A stretch of DNA of 64,000 nt from an uncultured Gammaproteobacteria bacterium (GCA_964519725.1 CAZFKS010000003.1:15821-79820), one strand, 5' to 3'; numbered from the stretch's first letter, positions 46,100 to 56,228 are shown. The notes: a model not told the origin generated them from the sequence alone. A program made the numbers and translations.

Positions 46100-48085
46100 A
46101 TGAAAGTCGACGTGCTCGGGTGCGTGCGCGCGACTCACGTCCCGAAGGATTCGGCCTTTCTTCCGGTATTTGAAGCCGTCGTGAATGCGATCCATTCAAC
46201 TCAGGATCGATTCGGTACTGACGTTTTGGCTCAAGGACGGATCGAAGTGCGTGTTGTGCGCGTTCCTCAGCCTGATCTCCCTGGCTCGCCGGGTCGCCCT
46301 AGCGTCCTTCCGATCGAGCGCGTGGTTGTCACGGATAACGGCCAGGGATTTACGCCGCGGAACCTCGGTTCGTTCCAGACGGCGTACACGACGGCCAAGC
46401 TTGACCGAGGCGGGAAGGGCGTTGGGCGCTTTTCGTGGCTCGCCGTGTTTCGCGAAGCTCACGTCGAAAGCACGTACCATGAGGAGTCCGGCCCGCGGCG
46501 CCGGTCTTTCACGTTCCGCCCGACCCCCCGCGGAATCGAAGGTCACACCGACCTGCCGGTCGAGCCTGAGGCCGAACTCACAACAGCGGTCGAGCTTCGC
46601 GGCATTCAGCCGAAGTACGCGGACGCACTTCGCCGCGGAACCGACGTCATAGCCGAGAAGATCTTCGAGCATTGTTTCCCCTACTTCGTGGTCGGCGACT
46701 GCCCCGAGGTATTGCTAGTCGACGTCCTTCCTGACGGGGCTGAGCGTGTTCTCGTCAACGACAAAGTGAAGGAACTGCGGATCGGCCCGCCCCAGCCGCT
46801 GAAAGTCGGCTCTCATGTCCTCGAGGCTCGGCACGTCCAGCAACAACATCGTGGCGAACGACAACACACCGCCCACCTGTGCGCGAACAAGCGAGAAGTA
46901 GAAACGTTCAAGTTGTCAGCAGTTACCGAACTAGGCGACGGACCAATCGCGAGTTCGGATGGACAGTCGCTCGTGCATCACGTATTCGTGAGCGGCGGAG
47001 CGCTCGACGAGGCCGTTAACAGCGTTCGAACCCGGTTGGTTCTCGCAGAGGACGATTCGTTGTTCGCGAGCGCCGGCGAACTCGACATGAAGAGCATCAA
47101 GGCTGCCGCTGGTGAGCAGGTCCGGACCGAGCTCGCAGGGTTTCTCGAGGACGAGAAGAAAACGAACTTCGAGAGGATCGAGCGGCACATTCGCACCGTG
47201 CAGCCCGAGTACCGCCATCTCCTCACGCGAAAGCCCGATGAGCTCTCGCGCGTCAGGTGGACCGACAACCCACGGCAGCTCGACGAGAACCTCTACAAGG
47301 TCCAACAAGCTTGGGACACTGAGGCTCGTGCGCGACTCGCTGCCGTCGAGGAGAAGGTACTCGAGGGAACCAATCCGGAGCTCTTCGCCGATGAGCTCGG
47401 CCGCGTATCCGCAGAAGTGAATGAAGCCGGTGAGGCGAGCCTGATCAAGTACGTCGTCCGGCGTCGTGCCATCCTCAAGGTGGTTCGCGCTCTCCTTGGT
47501 CGAAATGCGCTCGAAGCACACATTCATCAGATTCTCTTTCCTCCCAAGAAGACCGCCGACGATGTCGAGTACGGTGATCACAACCTGTGGCTCGTCGACG
47601 ACACCTTCTCGTTCTACGAGCACGTCGCGTCCGACCTTCCGTTCTCGGCGATTTCGGCCGCCCCGGTTGACGGCCTGCGGCGGCCGGACCTCCTCGCGTT
47701 CAAGACCGGTGACTCGCCCTACCAGCACGTGGCCCTGCTCGAACTCAAGCGCCCGGAACGTGGCAACGACAACCCCGCCCAGCAGCTCATGGACTATGCC
47801 GTGCTGCTGCGAGAGGGCGGTGCGAAGAACGTGCATCACATGACCATGCCGGGAATCCCGAAGTCCGTTCGCATCGACGGGGTGGCACTTGTTACTCTGG
47901 GCCCCGAGATGGAGCGTCGTCTACGGACAGGGCCGGGGAACCTACGCAAGGCCGATGGTGAATGGCGCTGGTACGGCTTTGTGCCGGAAGAGAACCTAAG
48001 CATTGAGGTTCTCGATTTCCAGGCATTCGTCGTTCGAGCGGAGCAGCGCAACCGAGCGTTCTTCGCAAAGCTCGGCCTGAGCTAG
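46100..48085 (+). CDS. GHKL (MORC/MutL-like) ATPase fused to a C-terminal PD-(D/E)xK nuclease; putative defence protein (start likely ATG 46100)
   Basis: PVFEAVVNAIHS (ExxxNxxD-like), VTDNGQGF, GGKGVGRFSWL; C-terminal EAHIHQILFP...NLWLVDD...RRPDLL...LLELKRP...NPAQQLMDY. Confidence 0.8.
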   Translation: MKVDVLGCVRATHVPKDSAFLPVFEAVVNAIHSTQDRFGTDVLAQGRIEVRVVRVPQPDLPGSPGRPSVLPIERVVVTDNGQGFTPRNLGSFQTAYTTAKLDRGGKGVGRFSWLAVFREAHVESTYHEESGPRRRSFTFRPTPRGIEGHTDLPVEPEAELTTAVELRGIQPKYADALRRGTDVIAEKIFEHCFPYFVVGDCPEVLLVDVLPDGAERVLVNDKVKELRIGPPQPLKVGSHVLEARHVQQQHRGERQHTAHLCANKREVETFKLSAVTELGDGPIASSDGQSLVHHVFVSGGALDEAVNSVRTRLVLAEDDSLFASAGELDMKSIKAAAGEQVRTELAGFLEDEKKTNFERIERHIRTVQPEYRHLLTRKPDELSRVRWTDNPRQLDENLYKVQQAWDTEARARLAAVEEKVLEGTNPELFADELGRVSAEVNEAGEASLIKYVVRRRAILKVVRALLGRNALEAHIHQILFPPKKTADDVEYGDHNLWLVDDTFSFYEHVASDLPFSAISAAPVDGLRRPDLLAFKTGDSPYQHVALLELKRPERGNDNPAQQLMDYAVLLREGGAKNVHHMTMPGIPKSVRIDGVALVTLGPEMERRLRTGPGNLRKADGEWRWYGFVPEENLSIEVLDFQAFVVRAEQRNRAFFAKLGLS

Positions 48086-48586
48086 AGCTCATGTCGCTGC
48101 GAGGCGCGAGCGGGGAGTCGAGGAATTCCGTGGTGATTTCCTTGAAGTTCGCCTGCTGCCGGAGCGACGTCTTCGGGCTTTCTGGTCAGTACGAAGCGCG
48201 TGACAAACGCACTTCCGGCCTCCACAGGGCCAAAGAAGTGGCCCACCAGTCTAATCAGAAAATGTGGCGCAGTCGCGCGATCAGCCACATCGGGTGGCTC
48301 CACCCGGTTTCATCCCGCCGTGGTGCGCGAAGCCCATCTCGAACTAGCTATGACCATCCTGACTGAGTACGAGTGCGAACACGAGTCGCTCTTCGATGCA
48401 GACGCGCTCCGTAACCCAAGCAGTGGTGCCGGTTAACGTTGGCACCCACGCAGCGTCCCCGTTTCCCAGGAGGCCGTGCGTCCCGCGGATCTGCCGAACT
48501 TTGTCGTAGGCGGTCTGAGCCAGCGGGCCGAGGATGTGTACCGAACACAGTCCAGAATAGCTCGTTCATCTGGGGAGTCCTTTGGT

Positions 48587-49357
48587 TTAGGGCCCGGCCA
48601 GGGTCAAGCGTGCATGCTCGTCGGCCGCCGTTTTCAAGCACGCTTTCTTGGAAATAGCCTTCTGCACCTTCGCGTCCTCGTACCCCTGGTCACGCTGCCT
48701 CAAGAATGCTGTTCGGAGCACCTCCCAAGGGAAGATCCCGTCCACGGCGACTCTCCGTAGCTCCTCGACGGTGATAAGGATGTGAATTCGGCCGCGCAGC
48801 CAATCATGAAACAGATCACCGGCATAGCCCTTCCCGCTACCGAACCCGAATCCCGCGGCAGAGAATGCCACGCCGAAGGTGCAGCCGTGACTACTCATGC
48901 GGCCGCAGTGCTGAGCCCAATCTGCAGGCCCCATCGGAGCTATGTGGTTCTTCGCCTCCATGTAGAGGTTCGGTCCGGCGACGACCGCCATCCCAGCGCC
49001 GAGAATTCGGTCGATACGGTCGGGGAATACCTCGCCCTTACCATCGATGGTCCATCGGTTGCTGAGCCCACCTTTCTGTACGTCCCGCGCCACTCCACCT
49101 CTTTCGAGAAAGTAGCGCGCCACATCCTCCAATGGATCGCCCTTCACCGCTGTTGTCTGGTTGCCAGCCGCGGGGAGGTTTGCCTGCGTCGACGTGATAA
49201 AAGCGCGGTAGAGCTGCCGATAGGCCGCGGGATCCCAGCCGCCGAGAACCGCGTACGTGGCCTCGTACACCGCCCCCATCCCGCCAAGTTCATGAACCCG
49301 AGCGGCAATGGCCATCAGATGGCTAACATCCGGCTCAGGCGTGGGCGCGGTCATCAA
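48587..49357 (-). CDS. Mrr-like / type IV restriction endonuclease-fold protein
   Basis: KGDPLEDVARYFL...WTIDG...YMEAKNH..PMG......GRM..HGCTFGVAFSAAGF (E...D...ExK). Confidence 0.65.
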   Translation of the reverse strand: MMTAPTPEPDVSHLMAIAARVHELGGMGAVYEATYAVLGGWDPAAYRQLYRAFITSTQANLPAAGNQTTAVKGDPLEDVARYFLERGGVARDVQKGGLSNRWTIDGKGEVFPDRIDRILGAGMAVVAGPNLYMEAKNHIAPMGPADWAQHCGRMSSHGCTFGVAFSAAGFGFGSGKGYAGDLFHDWLRGRIHILITVEELRRVAVDGIFPWEVLRTAFLRQRDQGYEDAKVQKAISKKACLKTAADEHARLTLAGP

Positions 49358-52300
49358 GGGCCCCTTCGGCCAAGAAGAACCGGATTCTGATCACCACGTC
49401 GTGCGGGCCATCGACGACGCGCGCGCACTCAGGGCAGGCGCTATTATACCGTCCTGCGAGCGCGAGGCTCTGAACACGGTCGGCGCTCGGCTCCTCCGGC
49501 CCGACGGCGCCGTTGCAGACCCGGTGATGAGGAATGAATCTCGCTCGAAACCATCCAACAAGCAGGAGCGCCAGCATGGCGTCACGAGCGGGCTCAGGAT
49601 TCCAATCTTTGCTGATCATCGCCGCAAGTGGGACTTGCCCGTCCAGCGTCGCAGCACCCACTTCAGCAGAGCGGCGTATGAACGCTGCGGCCTCCGCGGG
49701 CTCGAGGCGGAAGGTGCGCCTCAAGATCTGAATTGACCGGCCAAGAATGTCCCTGGGCGCTTCATCCTCGGCCGCCGCTGGATCCAGTTTGCCGGTCAAA
49801 CCACGAATAATCCGAACGGATTCGACCGCGACGGTGACCGCCTTCTTTAGAAGCCCAACAATATACATCGGATCGGACGACGCATCGTTCGGGTCCGACG
49901 CTATGCCGCTGTCCCTATCGGATGACGCCTCGTACTGATCCATCACCCATTCGAGGGGTGTCCGACCATTGATGACGTACTCATGTGCCTCGGGAGGGAT
50001 ACCGGCGAGCATAAGAGAAGAGTTTACACAGATACAGCTCTTGTCTACCTTCTTGCCCTCCCGCGCATATTGCATTCGGGTCACACGATAGGCACCTGGG
50101 TCGCGAGTCAGCGCAGTCCATTGCTCGCGCAGCGGGTACTCCGCTGCGGTCTCGTACCCCACATGCAGGGCAGAAAGCCTTCGACCGGCCGCAGCGAACG
50201 CGTCGAATGCACGACTCAGCGGAATGCGAGGAGGTTGGACCTTCAACTCGTTGGCGAACCGATCGCGATAATCGGGAGAGTGAAGAACGCCATAGACATA
50301 GAAGAAGATATCTTCCTTGGTGATGTCGTCTCGCGCGTAGCTGACACGGAACCAGTTTAGCGCTGCGTCTGTAATCGCCTCCCGGCGTCCACCAATTTGG
50401 TCGCCCGACGTTGCCTGAAAGAGATCAGTGGGCGACCCCTCGGCGGCGTAGACGAATCTCGGAAAGAACTGCGTGCCATCCGGAGCCACCTTCGAGTCTG
50501 GCAAGGTATCGGTCATTAGCACCGAGAACGCCCGTCGAGTTCCTGCCGCCGGCACGCAGATGGCGAGGTTCGGCGAGTTCGCCCCCGGAAACATCTCGGG
50601 GAGTTCGCCAACCAGTTCATTCATCCCGCGGTCGAAGTAGACCCACTTCTTGCAAAAGGGACGATACAACGCGCGTACGATGCGCTCTTCCGAGAACGGA
50701 TGGTCCCTTCCTGCCTTCAAAGCGTTTTTTAGACCGCGGCTCCATTTGATGCGGCGCTCGTCACGGTCAATGAAGGACTCTATGTCGAGCCATTGGGCTT
50801 TCTTGCGGCCGCTATTCGCCTTCCGGTAAGCAATGACATGCTGGTTGTAGACGGCGCTCATTCGTCGCATGTTGGCGGCCACTGCTGCAGCCGAGAAGCC
50901 ATACGCCCAGGCGTCGCGATTGGTCACGATGCCTGACGCGTACGTGCTGAACACGGTGAGCGGCTCGGTTCTGTCGCGGTCCTTTTCACCAAGCGCCAGG
51001 AGATGGCCGAAGTCGTCGCCTCGCTGTCTGACCCAGTCCCCCGCCGCGTTCGGCGTCACCTCGACCCAAGGCACTCCCTTGACGCTCTGGAACTCGGCCA
51101 CGCGCTGGAGCTTCTCGGGCGCGGTTAGGTAGTCGCCAATGTCATGGTAGAGCAGTCGCCTGGGTTGTGCCGCGGATGGATTACGCACGAGGACCGTAAT
51201 CGCGACTCCCGCCCTGCTTCCAGAACCGAATACCTTTCCGCCCTCCATCCGTGAAACAACGCCCTGGGTGCGCTGATCCCCACGAAGGTCGAAGCAATAG
51301 ATCGAGGTGAACTCGTCCCCAACACACTTCCGGAACCCGTCCATTGTCTTCTTCGACACGATGGCGCCGTTGCTTACGAACGCAATGACCCCTCGTTCCT
51401 TCAGGCGGTCGCTGGCCCATCTGAACGCCCGAATATACGAGTCGTAGAGGTTTCTTACCAAGTCCGCGCTTGAACTCGCCGCATAGGTTTGGCGGATACG
51501 TTCGTCGAGCTGAGGGTATTCGAGGTTCACGTTCCCGTCGTTCTGGCTCTCCTGCCCCACCGACCATGGTGGATTGCCAATTACGACGCGAATATCGGTC
51601 TCGTTCTGCAAAGCAGCCCGCCGATTGTTCTCTGGGAACATTGAGGCGAGGGTAGTCCCTCGCGTCTCGGTCATCTGAAAGGTGTCGGTTAGTACGATCC
51701 CCGGAAATGACTCGTATGGGGCTCCGGACAGCGCGTGGTAGGTGCTCTCGATGTTCACAGCCGCGATGTAGTACGCAAGCAAAACGAGCTCGTTGGCGTG
51801 AAGCTCTTTCAAATACTTGCGGCGGAGGTCCGCGCGGGCAATGAGGCCGCTCTGAAGTAGGCGAACGAGGAAGGTGCCTGTACCCGTAAACGGGTCCAGG
51901 ACGTGCACCCCCTCAGCCGAAAGACCGACGCCGAACTCCGCTGTCAGCACCGCCTGTACGCTGTGAATGATGAAATCCACGATCTCGACGGGGGTGTAGA
52001 CAATGCCAAGGCGTTCCGCCGTCCGCGGGAATGCGGTCCGGAAGAACTTGTCGTAAAGTTCAATGACGATGCGCTGCTTGCCTTCGGCATTATCGATCCC
52101 GCGTGCGCGGATTCGAACGCTCTCATAGAAGCTCTCCAGGGCCACCGTTTCCTTTTCGAGGTTCTCCTCCTGGAGTGCATCCAGCATCTTCTGCATGGCC
52201 ACGGAGACTGGATTCGAGCGAGTGAACTCATGCCCATCGAATAGCGCGTCGAAGACTGGGCGAGTGATAAGATGCTGCGAGAGCATTTCAATCGCGTCAT

Positions 52301-54551
52301 CTCTGCTGACGCTGGGATTCAGACTCGCTTGCAGCTCGGCAAGGAACTCTGCAAAGGCACGGCGCGCGACGCTACCCTTTCCATCCACAAGGGCCGATAT
52401 TCGAGCGACGTGACGTTCCGCGATTTCAGCAACATCCTTTGCCCAAGTCTCCCAGTAGCGCCGGTCTCCGCACTTTTCGACGATGCGCGCGTAAATGGCA
52501 TCGCGCCACTCCCCAATCTGCGGGAATGCGAGGTAGTATTGCTGCCCCTCACCATTCGGCGCGCGGCTCTGGCTCGTACCCTCGGTCTCGCGGCCCGAGA
52601 CGCCGACTACTTGGATCTGCGGTGGTCTGGTCTTGTTCAGTTCCAGCTGATTGATGGTCGCATTAAACCGGTCATCGTGCGCCCGCAGGGCCTGGAGAAC
52701 CTGCCATACGACTTTGTACTTCTGATTGTTTTTGAGGGCTTCATCCGGGCGCATGTCGGCAGGAATCCCGATAGGAAGGATGATGTACCCGTACTGCTTA
52801 CCTTCAGCTCGTCGCATCACCCGGCCAACCGACTGCACGACGTCGACGACCGAGTTTCGGGGGTTTAGAAACATGACGGCGTCGAGCGCAGGCACGTCCA
52901 CGCCTTCTGAGAGGCAGCGGGCATTCGAGAGGACCCGGCAGATCCCATCGCCGCCGGACTCTGCCTTCAGCCAATCAAGTCGTGCATTCCGCGCCAGCGC
53001 ATTGAAGGTACCATCCACATGGTCGACCTCGCACCGCAGCAGGCCTGGCTCTTCGGGATGCTCCTTGATGTAGGACTCGACAACCTGACCAAACAGGCCG
53101 GTGATTCGTTTGCTGTCTTTGATTGACCGGCAAAACGCCACCGCCCGCTTCATCGGAGCTGGGTCGGTCTCAGTCGCAGCTGAATCCTCGGTGAACCGCT
53201 TCGCGAGGCCGTTCCAGCACCCGGTGATCTTGACCGCGTCCTCGAGCCGGAGCTCGGAATCTTCGTCCGCGAGCTGCTTTTGGAACGTGCGGCTCACGTA
53301 TTTCTCGTCGACCGCGAGCACCATCACCTTGTAATCGGTGAGGAGTCCGGAGGCGACCGCTTCGGAAAACCCGAGCCGATGGAACTCCGGACCGTAGAGC
53401 CGTTCGTCGTCCATGGACGCGATCTCAGCGTCGTTCTCCTCGGCCTTCGTCTTGGTGACGTCGCTGAAGATACGCGGCGTGGCGGTCATGTATAGCCGGC
53501 GCTGAGCACGCACGAAGTCGCCGTCATGGACTCGGACGAAGTGCGATTCATCCTCGTCGGCGAGTTTCACGCCGGTCGTGCGGTGAGCCTCATCGCAGAT
53601 AATGAGGTCGAACTCCGGGAGCCCCTTTTTCTGAGCATCGGCGACTGCCTGGATCGACTGGTAGGTCGAGAAAACGACCGTGAGCTTTCCGTTGCCACCG
53701 TGCTTCCCGGCCTTTGCGAGGAGAGCGGCGTTGGTAGTGGCAGGGAACGCCAAGTCATGCGTGTGGAGGTCCTCGCTGTCGGCCGGCCGTCCGACCTGGG
53801 TATCCGAGCACACCGCGAACGCGCGAAGTTTCCGGCTCGCCTCCGAGGTCCACTCGCGGAGGGACTGAGAAAGCAGGGAGATCGATGGAACAAGAAACAG
53901 GACCGTAGCCGACTCTTTCGGAGTGAGTTCCTCGGCGATGCGAAGGGCAGTGAACGTTTTGCCGGTCCCGCAGGCCATGATTAGCTTTCCACGGGCGCTC
54001 GTCCGGAAACCATCACGTACTTTTCCTAGCGCGACCTGTTGATGCGGACGAAGGTCTTTCCGTTTGCGGAGCTGGATGTCCTCGGGCTTCCTGAGACTGA
54101 ACCGGCTCCAATCGATTGGACTTTCCGCCAGGTCCTGAACGCGAAGGCGCGTTACCGGAAGCGTCTGTCCGGTAAGCGCGTCCTCGGCATGCTTACTCCA
54201 CCGGTCAGTGGTGGAAACCAAGAGCCGGGTCGTGAAGGGTGCCTTTCCAGAGGCCGTGAAAAAAGAGTCGATATCGCCCTTCTGAAGATAGTGATCCGGG
54301 TCGAAGAACTTGCACTGGATAGCGCAGAAGCCTTCGGTCTCGCGCTCGCGCGCCACGAGGTCAATGCCCGTGTCCGGGCGGTGGCCACGCTCGGGCCATT
54401 CATTCCACAGCCACACGTCGCTGAACCGAGCCTTGTAAAGGGGGTCGGTCCGGAGATACGCCGCGATCAACCGCTCGAAGCGGTCGCCCTGGTCTCGCTT
54501 GGAGCGGGCTCCGACGCGCAGTTCGTCAAGGATGGCGTGAATCGAGGGCAT
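49335..54551 (-). CDS. Type ISP restriction-modification enzyme (Mrr nuclease, SF2 helicase, N6 methyltransferase, TRD) with an extra C-terminal domain
   Basis: GDRFERL...DTGIDLVA...AIQCKF; MACGTGKT; DEAHRTTG; CLSEGVDVPALD; GIVYTPVEIVDF; LDPFTGTGTF; GNPPW; LYRPFCKKW; YVINGRTPLEWVMDQY, as in LlaGI/LlaBIII-type enzymes. Confidence 0.93.
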   Translation of the reverse strand: MPSIHAILDELRVGARSKRDQGDRFERLIAAYLRTDPLYKARFSDVWLWNEWPERGHRPDTGIDLVARERETEGFCAIQCKFFDPDHYLQKGDIDSFFTASGKAPFTTRLLVSTTDRWSKHAEDALTGQTLPVTRLRVQDLAESPIDWSRFSLRKPEDIQLRKRKDLRPHQQVALGKVRDGFRTSARGKLIMACGTGKTFTALRIAEELTPKESATVLFLVPSISLLSQSLREWTSEASRKLRAFAVCSDTQVGRPADSEDLHTHDLAFPATTNAALLAKAGKHGGNGKLTVVFSTYQSIQAVADAQKKGLPEFDLIICDEAHRTTGVKLADEDESHFVRVHDGDFVRAQRRLYMTATPRIFSDVTKTKAEENDAEIASMDDERLYGPEFHRLGFSEAVASGLLTDYKVMVLAVDEKYVSRTFQKQLADEDSELRLEDAVKITGCWNGLAKRFTEDSAATETDPAPMKRAVAFCRSIKDSKRITGLFGQVVESYIKEHPEEPGLLRCEVDHVDGTFNALARNARLDWLKAESGGDGICRVLSNARCLSEGVDVPALDAVMFLNPRNSVVDVVQSVGRVMRRAEGKQYGYIILPIGIPADMRPDEALKNNQKYKVVWQVLQALRAHDDRFNATINQLELNKTRPPQIQVVGVSGRETEGTSQSRAPNGEGQQYYLAFPQIGEWRDAIYARIVEKCGDRRYWETWAKDVAEIAERHVARISALVDGKGSVARRAFAEFLAELQASLNPSVSRDDAIEMLSQHLITRPVFDALFDGHEFTRSNPVSVAMQKMLDALQEENLEKETVALESFYESVRIRARGIDNAEGKQRIVIELYDKFFRTAFPRTAERLGIVYTPVEIVDFIIHSVQAVLTAEFGVGLSAEGVHVLDPFTGTGTFLVRLLQSGLIARADLRRKYLKELHANELVLLAYYIAAVNIESTYHALSGAPYESFPGIVLTDTFQMTETRGTTLASMFPENNRRAALQNETDIRVVIGNPPWSVGQESQNDGNVNLEYPQLDERIRQTYAASSSADLVRNLYDSYIRAFRWASDRLKERGVIAFVSNGAIVSKKTMDGFRKCVGDEFTSIYCFDLRGDQRTQGVVSRMEGGKVFGSGSRAGVAITVLVRNPSAAQPRRLLYHDIGDYLTAPEKLQRVAEFQSVKGVPWVEVTPNAAGDWVRQRGDDFGHLLALGEKDRDRTEPLTVFSTYASGIVTNRDAWAYGFSAAAVAANMRRMSAVYNQHVIAYRKANSGRKKAQWLDIESFIDRDERRIKWSRGLKNALKAGRDHPFSEERIVRALYRPFCKKWVYFDRGMNELVGELPEMFPGANSPNLAICVPAAGTRRAFSVLMTDTLPDSKVAPDGTQFFPRFVYAAEGSPTDLFQATSGDQIGGRREAITDAALNWFRVSYARDDITKEDIFFYVYGVLHSPDYRDRFANELKVQPPRIPLSRAFDAFAAAGRRLSALHVGYETAAEYPLREQWTALTRDPGAYRVTRMQYAREGKKVDKSCICVNSSLMLAGIPPEAHEYVINGRTPLEWVMDQYEASSDRDSGIASDPNDASSDPMYIVGLLKKAVTVAVESVRIIRGLTGKLDPAAAEDEAPRDILGRSIQILRRTFRLEPAEAAAFIRRSAEVGAATLDGQVPLAAMISKDWNPEPARDAMLALLLVGWFRARFIPHHRVCNGAVGPEEPSADRVQSLALAGRYNSACPECARVVDGPHDVVIRIRFFLAEGALDDRAHA

Positions 54552-54663
54552 CGTTCGCTGGTGTCGTCCGTGGCCATGAACCTAGTCGAGTAGTGCCGCA
54601 TCCGTCAACGTTCGGCTAACCGCTGCGACCGTTCCTACATGAGTGCCCTCGCACTATCTTTCG

Positions 54664-54927
54664 CTAGTTCAGGTCGCCGTTCGGTCCATGGACAAGGCTC
54701 CTCAGGGCGACGAGCTCGTGCTCAATAGCTTGCCGCGATCGCTCCTCGCGGAGGTCAACGAGTCGCTGGGCCGGAAGGAGGAGCCCCGCTGTCTCCGCGT
54801 CGCGAGCCCAGCTGAGGAGCAGGTGAAGAACACCCTCGCGGTCCAGCTCACTGCGTCGGAACGCGCGAATCGTCCCATCGAGCTGTCGAAGAAGGCGGAG
54901 CCGGTCGGAAACGTGCACGGGCACCAC
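54664..54927 (-). CDS. Small hypothetical helical protein
   Basis: GTG start shortly after the stop of the 228-aa gene; amphipathic sequence (DRLRLLRQLDGTIRAF...). Confidence 0.35.
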   Translation of the reverse strand: MVPVHVSDRLRLLRQLDGTIRAFRRSELDREGVLHLLLSWARDAETAGLLLPAQRLVDLREERSRQAIEHELVALRSLVHGPNGDLN

Positions 54928-54938
54928 AGTCGGCGCGT

Positions 54939-55625
54939 CTACTCGACCGTGCCATCGGCGCGGGCCGCGAGCTGCTCCCGGAGCGCCCCGAGCCGCTCCC
55001 ACGCTTCGTCGAGCTGGAGCCGCATCTCGCGGGCCGCCTTCTCGTCGAGCCCATCCAACTTCGCCGGCGTCAGTCGCTTCAGGTTCAGCCCGTCGAGCGC
55101 CTTCATGACCTTGCGAAGGTTCTTCACCGGCTCTGGCTCCGGCTTCCGTCCCCGCTTCTCCCCCGGAATCTCCTTGGCCCGGACCTTCTTCACCCGCTGC
55201 TCGAGCTCGCGCTTCCCGAGGTTCTTCTCGATAGCTTCGCTCGCGAGCTTCAGCTTCTTCTCCGGGTCCTTGACCGGCAGGAGGAGCTTGTGGTGCGAGA
55301 GCGGGAGCGCCTCCGCGATGTTCTCGGGCAGCTGCTTCAGCTGGTCCACGACCGCGACCGCGTTCCAGATGAACTGGTAGTTCACTCGGAGGTCCGTCCG
55401 CTCCCCGAGCTTTCGGAACGTGACGTGCTTCCTTCCGTGCGTGCGGAAGTTCGCCGTGTCCCCGTCAAAGAACCGGTCGAGGACGTACGACCCGATGGCC
55501 CGGGTCATCTCGAGGCCCTTCGCTACGTAGAGGCGGTTGATCTCGGCAACCGCCTCGGACAGCGCGGCCTCGTCGACTTCGCCACCTTCTTCCGGAACCA
55601 CTGCGAGCGTCTTCTCACGCGCCAT
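54939..55625 (-). CDS. Putative DNA-binding protein with a ParB-HTH / DUF1016(YhcG)-N-terminal-like helical domain, no nuclease
   Basis: LPE...EALPLSHHKLLLPVKD.EKKLKLA.EAIEKNLG.RELEQRVK resembles the ParB/DUF1016-N pattern LS.SH...LL....R.......W..REL; GGAGG RBS; promoter TTGACC-17-TAGCGT at 55675-55647. Confidence 0.6.
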   Translation of the reverse strand: MAREKTLAVVPEEGGEVDEAALSEAVAEINRLYVAKGLEMTRAIGSYVLDRFFDGDTANFRTHGRKHVTFRKLGERTDLRVNYQFIWNAVAVVDQLKQLPENIAEALPLSHHKLLLPVKDPEKKLKLASEAIEKNLGKRELEQRVKKVRAKEIPGEKRGRKPEPEPVKNLRKVMKALDGLNLKRLTPAKLDGLDEKAAREMRLQLDEAWERLGALREQLAARADGTVE

Positions 55626-55691
55626 GGCGGCACCTCCAGAGCAGGGACGCTAATCCCCTCCACGCCCTAGGTCAACTCGGAATCAGGTGCT

Positions 55692-55709
55692 TGTTTCCGC
55701 GGGGAAACA
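55692..55709. repeat. 18-bp palindrome, copy 3 (TGTTTCCGCGGGGAAACA, one mismatch)
   Basis: Lies ~16 nt upstream of the predicted -35 box of the ParB-like gene. Confidence 0.85.
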
Positions 55710-55731
55710 TGCCGTCCCGCAGGGACGTGCT

Positions 55732-55868
55732 TCCCCCTCTGGGGGAGGGGTGGCCGTGAAGCGGGCGGCCCTCCGGCATAGGGGGACCGAGGGGGTGACG
55801 GGGCCAGCGGCCGCCCCGCCCCCAAGGGGGGCGGAAGCGCCGCGGCCATAAGAAGATAGGCCCACCCG
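55732..55868 (-). repeat. Repeat A copy 1: GC-rich hairpin block downstream of the module ORFs
   Basis: Aligns with 61125-61263 (TCCCCCTCTGGGGGAGGG...GGGGGTGACGGGGCCAGCGGCCGCCCCGCCCCC...GATAGGCCCACCCG). Confidence 0.85.
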
Positions 55869-55871
55869 CAT

Positions 55872-56228
55872 TTATTCATTCTGCCTGGCCGCAAGCGCGG
55901 CGCGGAGACGGCGGGCGCGCCGGTCAAGCGAAACAAGCGTCTTCGCGAGTTCGGCCGTAGGGAGCCGGTGGTAGTACTCGAACATGACGGCTTCCCAGTC
56001 GAAGACAAGGGCGGCGTCGGGCTCGCCCGGCACCGAGAACGCGACGGACGCGGCGTAGATTTCCATCGCTATCGGCTCGTCCTGGGCGTGCAGCGTGAAC
56101 GCGAGGCCCGTCGACTCGACGAACGCCGCGAGCTGCGTCGGCGATGGGCGCCGGGATGGAAACGCGGACCGTAGCCGGTCGGCTATCCCCCGTGCGGTGG
56201 CGAGCCGGTTCTTTCGGTCGCGGGTCAT
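55872..56228 (-). CDS. Unnamed ~115-aa domain protein, paralogue 1
   Basis: FP..RP...QLAAFV...L...EIYAA.......AALVFDWEA..F......ELA..L..LDRRAR, shared with 56225-56587 and 61268-62005. Confidence 0.75.
   Translation of the reverse strand: MTRDRKNRLATARGIADRLRSAFPSRRPSPTQLAAFVESTGLAFTLHAQDEPIAMEIYAASVAFSVPGEPDAALVFDWEAVMFEYYHRLPTAELAKTLVSLDRRARRLRAALAARQNE

Noticed and set aside
48091-48586. Small ORFs between the GHKL gene and the Mrr-like gene
   Set aside because: Several overlapping short frames with no RBS or motif; none can be supported.
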